Shown in pieces: positions 56,837 to 64,000 of a DNA stretch of 64,000 nt; position 1 is the first letter of the stretch; every line of letters starts with the position of its first letter. The translations under genes and the position numbers were made by a program. Under the pieces are notes generated by a model, which did not search any database, was not told where the DNA came from, and was given only the letters and a program-made list of their open reading frames with translations. The stretch is from contig CAVTEA010000016.1 in NCBI GenBank assembly GCA_963733615.1, positions 10,186 to 74,185 on the forward strand, in the 5' to 3' direction. The stretch is from an uncultured Actinomycetes bacterium. Lineage in GTDB: Bacteria > Actinomycetota > Actinomycetes > Mycobacteriales > Jatrophihabitantaceae.

Positions 56837-57490
56837 TCAGGCGGCGATCACGTTGTCATCTTGACGCACGGCACTGACAGTTTGCGCGGCGACATGCTCA
56901 TCGAGTGCGACGCGGAGCGCGGGCAGGTGGAGGTGGCCGTTGACGCGGCGGAACTGCTTGCTGGCTTCGATCATCCCGGCGGCGCACCAGCGCAGCGCCA
57001 TGTTGCCGTTCTGCCAGTTCTTCACGTTCGTGGAGTGGTCGCGGGCGATCGAGATCATCGACTCGATGCTGTTCGTGCTGCGCAGCGTTCGGGCCAACGT
57101 GGGTGACACACCCAGCCGCAGCACGGTCAGCGTCTCGGCCAGTCCTTCGCGCAGTGACGCGGCGGCGCCGGGATGGGTGCGTTCGAGTTCCTTCGCGAGC
57201 GCTTCGAGCTGTGCCTCGGCCACAATCGCGGACTCGGCGTGGTAGGCCTGCCGCATCCGCTTGGTTACGGTCGAGGCGAGATGGTCGGGCAGCTTGTCGG
57301 CCAAGTTTCTGATCTTGTGAAGTTGGCAGCGGCCGATCACCGGATGATCGAACACTCGCACGACTGCGGCCCGCAGCGCTTTGCCGCCGTCGATGCCGAC
57401 GAAGATCGGCCGGGTGGTGCCCAGGCCGCGGTCGCGCAGCCCGGTCAGCAGATCGGTGACCACGCTGGTGTTCTCGGTCGGGGGTGTCAA
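56837..57490 (-). pseudogene. IS256-family transposase, C-terminal fragment, truncated by ISL3 copy B
   Basis: Contains RPIFVGIDGGKALRAAVVRVFDHPVIGRCQLHKIRNLADKLP...RSTNSIESMISIARDHSTNVKNWQNGNMALRWCAAGM, the distal half of mutator-type transposases. The ORF begins at the ISL3 boundary. Confidence 0.75.
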
Positions 57491-57496
57491 CTGGCT

Positions 57497-59141
57497 GGCT
57501 CTGGCTCACTTTCGGTGGTGACCGGTGTTGGGGCTAGGCGAGCAGGATGCGGTGGCGTAGGAGGTCGAAGCTGGCACGTCCGTACATCTGTCGTTTCAGC
57601 ATTTTCGTGCGGGTGTTGACGCCCTCGGTTCTGCCGTTGTGGTGCGGCATAGTCAGCGCCGCGACGACAGCATCGCGGTCTTGCTCGATCCCGCGGACGA
57701 AGGAGTGCACGTGCGGTAGGTCGATGCTGCGCGCCGCGTGTGTCCACTCCTGCAGCCTGGCTGGATTGCTCTGGCCGGGCGTGAGCAGGGCCGCGAACGC
57801 GTCGACAAGACCGCGCAGAGCGGTGATCTCGGGACACGCACCGGCGAGCTGATCGAGACGTTCGCGTTGCCGGTCGGTGAGATTGGCCGGCCTGGTCAGC
57901 AGTAGCCGTGCAGCCCGCCGGGGCGAGAGGTGCTGCTGCTTGTCCTCAGCTCGGCCCTGGTTGAGATAGCGGGTCAGCAGGTTCGCGCTGCCCTGGTAGC
58001 CGAGCTCGCGGATCTCGCGAAGCAGCTGGGTCACTGGCACACCAGGCTGTTCAGCGCGTCGAGACCGAAGGTGATCACGGTAGGGATCCACGAGCGTGGG
58101 GCGGTATTTCGGCACGCGCTGCAGGCGGGTCGGTTCGCTGGCGCGGGCGTAGCGTTTGACGGTGTTCAGGGACAGGTTCAACCGCCGGGAGCACTCGAGC
58201 AGTCCGAGACCTTGCTTGAGCAGGCCATGCACCTGATGCCAGCGTTCGGTCGTGGTGCGGGCCAGCGGCCCGTCCTGGACCCCGGTTGCTCCGGCCCAGC
58301 AGGCTGAGTGGGCCGCGACCTCTTTGGCCGCTGCTTCGGCCAAGCCGTGCCACAGATGCCACCGGTCCGCGACCTGCACTACAGCGGGAACGGCGTCGCG
58401 TACGGCTTGGGCGTAGGTGCTCGACCCGTCGCGGCACACGATTTCGACTCCAGGATGGCTACGCAGCCAGTCGCTGACAACACCGGCGCCGCGGTCGGGC
58501 AGCACATCGATCCGAACACCGGTTTCGGCGTCGATCAACACCGTGGCGTACTGGCGGCTGCGCCGCAACGCGAAGTCGTCGATCCCCAACACTCGCGGCA
58601 CCGGCCGGTCGGGCAGCACGATGCCTAGCAGAGCGCGCAGGGCGGTGTCCTTGCCTGCGGCGATTCCCATCACGGGTAGCAGCCGAGCCGACGCGCGACC
58701 GGCAAGCTCCCTGACGACACCGCGCAGTTGCTCGCTCAATCGCACCGTGCGCCGCTGATAACGCTCGAGCACACCAGGGACTTGCTCGCGGAACGTCTGC
58801 CGCACGCAGCCCTGCGCGCGGCAGCGCATTCGTCGTACTCGGACACGCACCAGCACGCGTCGCCCATCGATCGGGACGTCTGCTGGCACCCGCTCATGGA
58901 AGGCATGCACGCGCCCCGTTAGGGTCCCGCAGGTCGGGCATCGCACCGCACCGCCACGGGTGCAAGCGCGAACCACGATCACCTCGCCGGCGTCCTCGAT
59001 CTCATCGATCGTCAACGCCGCCAACCCCGAAAAGACCGTCCCGATCAGGACTTCCGCATCGATCATGGCCGATCTTGATCAAGCCGACCTCCCGCGCCGG
59101 CCGACGACACGCCCGGTCACCACCGAAAGTGAGCCAGAGCC
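57497..59141 (-). mobile_element. ISL3-family insertion sequence, copy B (inverted relative to copy A)
   Basis: The terminal IRs are GGCTCTGGCTCACTTTCGGTGGTG (57497) and CACCACCGAAAGTGAGCCAGAGCC (ending at 59141). They differ from copy A at one or two positions. Confidence 0.9.
57534..59066 (-). CDS. ISL3-family transposase (copy B)
   Basis: Intact 510-aa ORF collinear with copy A. There are scattered substitutions throughout (roughly nine in ten residues identical by eye). Confidence 0.9.
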   Translation of the reverse strand: MIDAEVLIGTVFSGLAALTIDEIEDAGEVIVVRACTRGGAVRCPTCGTLTGRVHAFHERVPADVPIDGRRVLVRVRVRRMRCRAQGCVRQTFREQVPGVLERYQRRTVRLSEQLRGVVRELAGRASARLLPVMGIAAGKDTALRALLGIVLPDRPVPRVLGIDDFALRRSRQYATVLIDAETGVRIDVLPDRGAGVVSDWLRSHPGVEIVCRDGSSTYAQAVRDAVPAVVQVADRWHLWHGLAEAAAKEVAAHSACWAGATGVQDGPLARTTTERWHQVHGLLKQGLGLLECSRRLNLSLNTVKRYARASEPTRLQRVPKYRPTLVDPYRDHLRSRRAEQPGVPVTQLLREIRELGYQGSANLLTRYLNQGRAEDKQQHLSPRRAARLLLTRPANLTDRQRERLDQLAGACPEITALRGLVDAFAALLTPGQSNPARLQEWTHAARSIDLPHVHSFVRGIEQDRDAVVAALTMPHHNGRTEGVNTRTKMLKRQMYGRASFDLLRHRILLA

Positions 59142-59181
59142 CGACCAACGGTGTACTTGGCCGGTGCCAGCGGCCCCAGGC

Positions 59182-59625
59182 TCACCGTTTGGTGTGTTCC
59201 ACGAGCACGGCGGCCGCCCGGTCAAGCAGTTGGCTCAACACGGCGCGCTCCTTGGCCGTGAACGCCCGCCCGAACTGACGCTCCAGTTCTACGACCTCTG
59301 CGTAGGCCTCGGTCAACAGCGTCGTGCCGTCCCTCGTCAGAGTGACGATCTGAACCTTCGCATGCACGGATGACGGTTCGCGGCAGACCAGATCCTTTGC
59401 TTCCAGGACCTTGAGAACGCTGGCCATCGTCTGCTGGGTTACGCCGCAGGCTCGGGCAAGCTGAGATCCCGATTGGCCCGGTGCGCGAGACAGAGTGAGC
59501 AGCACGGCGTACTGGGTCATCGTCAAGCCGCGCCGGCGCAGTACGGACTCATGGTGCGCCGTCAGAGCCTGTTCGGCTGAGCGGATGCGAGTGCACAGGT
59601 ACTCCTCGCTGGTGGGTACCGTCAT
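59182..59625 (-). CDS. MarR-family transcriptional regulator
   Basis: ATG at 59625 within track ORF 59182..59907. The winged-helix core is LTMTQYAVLLTLSRAPGQSGSQLARACGVTQQTMASVLKVLEAKDLVCRE...VTLTRDG. Confidence 0.85.
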   Translation of the reverse strand: MTVPTSEEYLCTRIRSAEQALTAHHESVLRRRGLTMTQYAVLLTLSRAPGQSGSQLARACGVTQQTMASVLKVLEAKDLVCREPSSVHAKVQIVTLTRDGTTLLTEAYAEVVELERQFGRAFTAKERAVLSQLLDRAAAVLVEHTKR

Positions 59626-59650
59626 CGCTGACCTTTCACAGAGCACGTTG

Positions 59651-59696
59651 TTGACTTCGATAGCTGTCATAGTTACCTTCACTAACACAGGTAACT
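59651..59696 (+). promoter_or_regulatory. Divergent MarR/oxidoreductase control region: candidate promoter TTGACT-17-TACCTT and inverted repeat AGTTACC-12 nt-GGTAACT
   Basis: Read directly from the sequence. TTGACT is at 59651-59656. The IR arms are at 59671-59677 and 59690-59696. Both lie in the 93-bp gap between the divergent genes. Confidence 0.4.
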
Positions 59697-59718
59697 GTAA
59701 CTCGACAGGAGACTGGCT

Positions 59719-60669
59719 ATGAAGGCAATCATCTTGGACGACCGTGACAATCTCCAGGTAGGGGAGGTGGCAGATCCGGAACCAGGACCAGGAGAGGTGT
59801 CCATCGCTGTCGCCTACGCAGGAGTCCAATGGGGCGATGTCCTCGTCCGACAAGGGCATTTTCCGACTCCGCGGCCCTACGTTCCCGGTTTCGAGGCTGC
59901 CGGGCACATCGTCGGTGTCGGCGCTGGGATCGACCCCGCTCGGCTCGGTGAACCCGTTACCGCGCTGACGAGCGGCGGCGCTTTCGCCGAACGCGTCACG
60001 GTGCCCGCCAGCCTGGCGCTGGCGTTAGACGGCATTGACGTCCGTACTGGGGCGGCGTTCGGTTGGGTGACGCCGACCGCGTACGACCTGATCAACACGA
60101 TCGGCGCCGTAGACGCTGGTGATCGAGTTCTGATTCACGCGGCTGCCGGTGGCGTCGGCAGCCGTGCGGTGCAGTTCGCCCGCGCGGCCGGAGCCGCCGA
60201 CATCACTGGCGTGGTCGGCACGCCACAGCAGATCGAATACGCCTCCGGGATCGGCTGTACCCGCGTGATCGACAAGGATCAGTACCCCGGAGAACTCTCC
60301 GACTCTCACTTCGACGTGATCCTGGACCCGATCGGCGGGCCGACACGCGCCGCCAACGTGGAGCGTCTCGCGCCGCACGGCCGCCTCGTCGTGTACGGCA
60401 ACATCGCAAGCTGGGACTCCTATGAGGCGTCAGCCAACGACTTGTTGATGAAGGGCCAGTCGCTGCTGACCTACAACAGCAATCTCCTCAGTCAGACCGC
60501 ACCCGACCGGCTCGCGGCAAGCGCACGAGCCGCGCTCGAAGTTGTCAGAACCGGCACCGTCGCGATCCAGGTCACCGCGGAGTACCCGCTCAGCGAAGCA
60601 GCGAAGGCCGTCGACGACCTTGCCGCCGGAGCCACGTTCGGCAAGACCATCCTTCGCGTCGCCGCATGA
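59719..60669 (+). CDS. Zinc-type alcohol dehydrogenase / NADPH:quinone oxidoreductase (MDR superfamily)
   Basis: 316-aa ORF with a GroES-like N-domain (VSIAVAYAGVQWGDVLVRQG) and the Rossmann motif HAAAGGVGSRAVQFARAAGA. Confidence 0.85.
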   Translation: MKAIILDDRDNLQVGEVADPEPGPGEVSIAVAYAGVQWGDVLVRQGHFPTPRPYVPGFEAAGHIVGVGAGIDPARLGEPVTALTSGGAFAERVTVPASLALALDGIDVRTGAAFGWVTPTAYDLINTIGAVDAGDRVLIHAAAGGVGSRAVQFARAAGAADITGVVGTPQQIEYASGIGCTRVIDKDQYPGELSDSHFDVILDPIGGPTRAANVERLAPHGRLVVYGNIASWDSYEASANDLLMKGQSLLTYNSNLLSQTAPDRLAASARAALEVVRTGTVAIQVTAEYPLSEAAKAVDDLAAGATFGKTILRVAA

Positions 60670-60806
60670 CGTGACGTCGATCGCCTACCAGTCAGGACTG
60701 AGATTCGGCGATCGCCGAGAACCGCCGGAGGCATGGCGGTTCTCGGCCCGGCTGTCGGTGCCGGCTGTGATTCAGCGCGCCGCGGAACCGTTCCGGTTGT
60801 GCCGCG

Positions 60807-62285
60807 TCACGACAGGCCGACGGACTCGAGTAGCGGCGTGTCGGCCGCGGTGATTAGCTCGGTCTCGCCGCGACTGTTGACGGTCCGCATGGCGATCACG
60901 GCGGTGGCGAGGAGGAAGACGCTCTCGGCGAGCAACGCGCGGTGGATGCCGGACGTCAGGGCGTGCCTGGAGGAGTCGTGCAGGTGCACGAGGTGGTTCG
61001 TCCGGGCCGTAGCGATGGCGGAGAAGATCGCCAGGCCGAGGGCACCGCCCACCTGCTGCGACGCATTCATGAGTGCGGCGGCCAAGCCGGCCTTGTCGGC
61101 GGGCACTCCGGCGTTGGCGGCCGTCGTCACTGACACGAACAGCGCGCCCAGACCGATGGAGATGACCATCTGCGCGGGAAGAAGATTCTGGGGGTACGAG
61201 CCGTGGACGGGCACCTTCGAGAGCCAGTAGAGCCCGCCGGCGCCCAGCAGGGCACCGACGATGATCAGCGGGCGGGTCCCGACCTTGAGCAGCAGCTGGG
61301 AGCAGATGCCCGCGGAGACGGCGACGCCTGCGGTGAACGGCAGGTACGACGCGCCGGCCTTGATCGGCGAGTAGCCCAGAACGACCTGGACGTAGAGCGT
61401 GATGAAGAAGAACATCGCGATCAGGCCGGCCGCCGCGATGAGCAGCGTGAGGTTGGCCGCCGCCAGGCCGCGGATGCGGAAGGTGGACAACGGCATCAGC
61501 GGGTTGCGGCCGGTCTGCTCCTTGATCAGGAACAGTGCCAGCAGGATCCCGGCGCCGACCAGTTCACCGATCGTCCGGCCCGATCCCCAGCCCTGGTCCG
61601 GTGCCTTGACCAGGCCGTAGACGAGCAGCAGCATGCCGCTGGTGACGAGGACCGTGCCGACCATGTCGAAGTTGGCGAGCGTTGGCCGGCGCTGCTCACC
61701 CGGGATCATTCTGAAGATCGCGACGAGCAGCAGGACGGCGATCGGGGGATTGACGAACAGCACCCAGCGCCAGCCGGGGCCCTCGGTCAGCAGGCCGCCG
61801 AGGAACACGCCGGCGGCCGAGGCGAGCCCGGCGACGCCGCCCCACGCGCCGAGCGCGGTGTGCCGGTCCTTGCCCTCCTTGAAGTAGGTGGTCAGCAGCG
61901 ATAGGGCGGCCGGCAGCATCATCGCGGCACCGAGTCCCTGGACGAGCCGGGCGCCGACGAGGGTGCCGGAGTTCTGTGCCAGGCCGCCGATGAACGACGA
62001 CACCGCGAAGATCGTGGTGCCGGCGACGAGCACGCGGCGCCGGCCCAGCAGGTCCGCGAGCCGGCCTCCGAGCAGCATCAGCCCCCCGTAGGTGAGCAGA
62101 TAGCCGCTGAGCACCCACTGCAGGTTCTGTACCGAGAAGTTCAGGTCCTTGCGGATGTCGGGTAGAGCGATGTTGACGATCGACGCGTCGACGAAGTCGA
62201 GGAATCCGATCGAGCAAAGCAGGGCGAGGGTGAGCTTGCCCCGGCGTGTCGCGAGGAACGACGGGGAAGTGGTGGTCGCGACCAT
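60807..62285 (-). CDS. MFS transporter, DHA2 (EmrB/QacA, 14-TMS) drug:H+ antiporter family
   Basis: 492-aa polytopic ORF. The N-terminal motif is LDFVDASIVNIALPDI, motif A-like GRLADLLGRRRV is present, and there are about 14 hydrophobic segments. Confidence 0.85.
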   Translation of the reverse strand: MVATTTSPSFLATRRGKLTLALLCSIGFLDFVDASIVNIALPDIRKDLNFSVQNLQWVLSGYLLTYGGLMLLGGRLADLLGRRRVLVAGTTIFAVSSFIGGLAQNSGTLVGARLVQGLGAAMMLPAALSLLTTYFKEGKDRHTALGAWGGVAGLASAAGVFLGGLLTEGPGWRWVLFVNPPIAVLLLVAIFRMIPGEQRRPTLANFDMVGTVLVTSGMLLLVYGLVKAPDQGWGSGRTIGELVGAGILLALFLIKEQTGRNPLMPLSTFRIRGLAAANLTLLIAAAGLIAMFFFITLYVQVVLGYSPIKAGASYLPFTAGVAVSAGICSQLLLKVGTRPLIIVGALLGAGGLYWLSKVPVHGSYPQNLLPAQMVISIGLGALFVSVTTAANAGVPADKAGLAAALMNASQQVGGALGLAIFSAIATARTNHLVHLHDSSRHALTSGIHRALLAESVFLLATAVIAMRTVNSRGETELITAADTPLLESVGLS

Positions 62286-62385
62286 GGCGGGCCTCCGTAC
62301 GACGAAGTGGCGGTGAATCTCACAAGGGATGTCGTGTCGGCGTCGCGCAAGGTGACCGCATGTGACGAACTCCCGCGGCCGTCAC

Positions 62386-62535
62386 ATGGAGGCGGCGCGA
62401 TCCGTCTTGAGGACCGCTCTGGCTCGCGCGCGGCCGGACGCCCGGCTGGTCGACGTGGCCGACAGCTACTCGCTCGTCCCGCTAAACCAGCGGGAGCTGC
62501 TCGCGGACCTCATCGCCGAATTCGTCGCCGAGTGA
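62386..62535 (+). pseudogene. Possible C-terminal remnant of an alpha/beta-hydrolase
   Basis: Short ORF ending ...ARLVDVADSYSLVPLNQRELLADLIAEFVAE. It resembles the last strand and helix (xGHxxxxExPexxxxxIxxFl) of alpha/beta-hydrolases, but with Ser/Tyr in place of the catalytic His context. This is weak. Confidence 0.2.
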
Positions 62536-62550
62536 CACGGCCCGCTACCG

Positions 62551-62934
62551 TCAGAACATCGTGTGGGAGTTCGCCGCCTCGTCCGGCACCGGCTGCAGCA
62601 CGTCCCAGTGCTCGACGATCTTGCCGTCCTCGAACCGGAAGATGTCGATGATCGCCGCGCCCGACGTTCCCGGCACGCGCACGCCGTGCACGTGGCCGAC
62701 CACGAGGTCGCCCTCGGCGACGAGCCGCTTGACCTGCATGGTGAGGCCGGGGAACGAGTCGCGCAGGTAGGTGAGGAAGGCTTCGAGCCCGTCCACCCCG
62801 TCGGCGATCTGCGGGTTGTGCTGGATGTAGCCCGGACCGATCAGGCTCCGCGCCGCCGCGAAGTCCTTCTCTACGATCGCGTACCGGTAGAACGCCAGGA
62901 CGGTCTGCTTGTTCTGCTCGATGGCGTCGGTCAT
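62551..62934 (-). CDS. SnoaL-like / NTF2-family protein (polyketide-cyclase-like fold)
   Basis: ATG at 62934 within chimeric ORF 62551..63906. The sequence is NKQTVLAFYRYAIVEKDFAAARSLIGPGYIQHNP...DLVVGHVHG...IDIFRFEDGKIVEHWDVLQ. Confidence 0.8.
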   Translation of the reverse strand: MTDAIEQNKQTVLAFYRYAIVEKDFAAARSLIGPGYIQHNPQIADGVDGLEAFLTYLRDSFPGLTMQVKRLVAEGDLVVGHVHGVRVPGTSGAAIIDIFRFEDGKIVEHWDVLQPVPDEAANSHTMF

Positions 62935-62984
62935 CTGATTCTCCTGTTCTCGGTGGTTGCTGGTCATTTCTCGGTGGTCGCCGG

Positions 62985-64000
62985 TCAGGCGACGGAGGGG
63001 AGTTCTCGGCTGCGCTTGCGTATGGGCAGGACGAGGGTGACGAGGACCGCCGCGGACACGACGAAGCCCATGGCCGACCAGCTCGCCACGTTGAACCCGT
63101 GCACGACGCCGACGACCGGCGCCGCGTGGTGGGAGGTGAGGTACGAGGCCGCCGCCTTGCTCGCGATCGTGCTGAGCAGTGCGGTGCCCAGCGAGGCGCC
63201 GACCTGCTGGGATGTCATGACCATCGCGCCGGCGACGGACGTGTCTGCGCCGGCATCCAGCGTGGCCGTGCTGTTCGCCGTCACGAGCACCCACCCGGTG
63301 CCGAGGCCGATCAGCAGGAACACGGGCATGATCCGCAGCCAGTAGCCGCTGTCGACGCCGGTCGTCGCGAGCAGCACGAGGCCGCCCGAGATGGCCAGCA
63401 GCCCCGGGGGCAGCAGCGCAACCGACGACCCGCGGCTCAGCAACGGCGTCACGAGTCGGACGCCCGCGATCAGGCCGACGGTCAAGGGCAGGAAGGCGAG
63501 ACCGGCCTTCACCGGAGAGTAGTGGCGCACGTCCTGCAGGTAGAAGGTCAGGAAGAACAACGCGCCGAACATGCCGACCGCGAGGCTGAGCACGGCCAGG
63601 TACGACCCGGCACGACGACGGTCGAGGACCACGCGCAGCGGCAGCAACGGCGCCGCCACGCGAGTCTGCGACGAGACGAACAGGGCGAGCAGGACGACGC
63701 CGGTGACGAGCGCGCCGACGGTCAGGTGGGCGCTCCACCCGTCGGTCTCGGACTTGGCGAACCCGAACACGAGCGCCATCAGCCCTGTCGTGGCCAAGAC
63801 GGCGCCGAGCAGGTCGATAGGCCGGCGGACGGCGGGTACCGAACGGACGGAGTAGATCGCTCCCGCGCCCGCCATCGCTGCGATCGGCAGGTTCACGAAC
63901 ATGCACCAGCGCCAGTCGAGGTACTGGGTGAGGACACCGCCGAGCAGGACACCGATCCCGGACGAACTGCCCATCGCCGTGCCGTAGATGCCGAAGGCCT
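62985..64000 (-). CDS. MFS transporter (DHA2-like), C-terminal part; the 5' end lies beyond the window
   Basis: ORF 62985..63974 remains open to the window edge. It is polytopic. WRWCMFVNLPIA and the following TMS pattern match the central and C-terminal part of 14-TMS MFS exporters. Confidence 0.85.
   Translation of the reverse strand, partial: AFGIYGTAMGSSSGIGVLLGGVLTQYLDWRWCMFVNLPIAAMAGAGAIYSVRSVPAVRRPIDLLGAVLATTGLMALVFGFAKSETDGWSAHLTVGALVTGVVLLALFVSSQTRVAAPLLPLRVVLDRRRAGSYLAVLSLAVGMFGALFFLTFYLQDVRHYSPVKAGLAFLPLTVGLIAGVRLVTPLLSRGSSVALLPPGLLAISGGLVLLATTGVDSGYWLRIMPVFLLIGLGTGWVLVTANSTATLDAGADTSVAGAMVMTSQQVGASLGTALLSTIASKAAASYLTSHHAAPVVGVVHGFNVASWSAMGFVVSAAVLVTLVLPIRKRSRELPSVA

Larger units (their letters stand above)
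51498..59141. mobile_element. Composite transposon: two inverted ISL3-family elements bracketing a 4.4-kb cargo, flanked by an 8-bp direct repeat CGACCAAC
   Basis: CGACCAAC lies immediately outside the outer IR of copy A (51490-51497) and of copy B (59142-59149). 8 bp is the usual ISL3 target duplication. The inner flanks of each copy do not match their own outer flanks. Confidence 0.8.

Overview
This is a high-GC actinobacterial chromosomal segment. My hand counts on sample stretches give about 67% G+C background. I cannot name the organism. The window is a patchwork of intact operons, genes decayed by frameshifts, and very dense mobile-element debris.

Layout from left to right:
1. 1-7.6 kb: a Liv-type (HAAT) ABC importer with unusual domain fusions, two family-III CoA-transferases and an enoyl-CoA hydratase.
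2. 7.6-9.8 kb: a frameshifted Clp_N/HTH gene, a 5' fragment of a group II intron and a truncated IS630 copy.
3. 9.8-14.6 kb: a methyltransferase, an ABC-2 exporter with a coupled 58-aa membrane peptide, and a divergent HisKA_3/NarL two-component system.
4. 14.6-17.2 kb: a decayed IS630 inserted in the regulator's stop codon, a truncated IS982 transposase and a probable FtsX permease remnant.
5. 17.2-19.7 kb: a second NarL-type two-component system and a membrane protein.
6. 20.0-25.1 kb: an IS graveyard. One IS256 is interrupted by a MITE-like insert, and a second IS256 is split by an ISAzo13-like element.
7. 25.1-27.3 kb: gene fragments.
8. 27.2-40.3 kb: a DeoR-regulated locus with a DUF4091/GH123-like protein, GlpD, a CUT1 sugar/glycerophosphate ABC importer, a broken sulfatase and an uncharacterised three-member paralog family.
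9. 40.5-41.6 kb: an aminotransferase.
10. 42.0-51.4 kb: a complete nitrate-assimilation cluster (narK, nitrate reductase, nirB-like, nirB, nirD, hemD-wHTH). It is visibly higher in G+C (about 78% on a sample) and is riddled with frameshifts in every gene.
11. 51.5-59.1 kb: a composite transposon made of two inverted, diverged ISL3 copies flanked by an 8-bp direct repeat. It carries a low-GC cargo of an ECF sigma factor, membrane partner proteins and a secreted protein.
12. 59.2-64.0 kb: MarR, a quinone oxidoreductase, two MFS exporters and a SnoaL-like protein.

No rRNA, tRNA or CRISPR array was recognised.

The most interesting items:
- the ISL3 composite transposon and its foreign sigma-factor cargo
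- the indel-only decay of the nitrate cluster, which could be real or a sequencing artefact
- a 41-bp tandem repeat that creates three chained 14-codon mini-ORFs in front of narK
- the uncharacterised paralog family
- an ISAzo13-like transposase with duplicated C-terminal HTH modules
- a recurring GTCAAC-N5-GTTGAC palindrome
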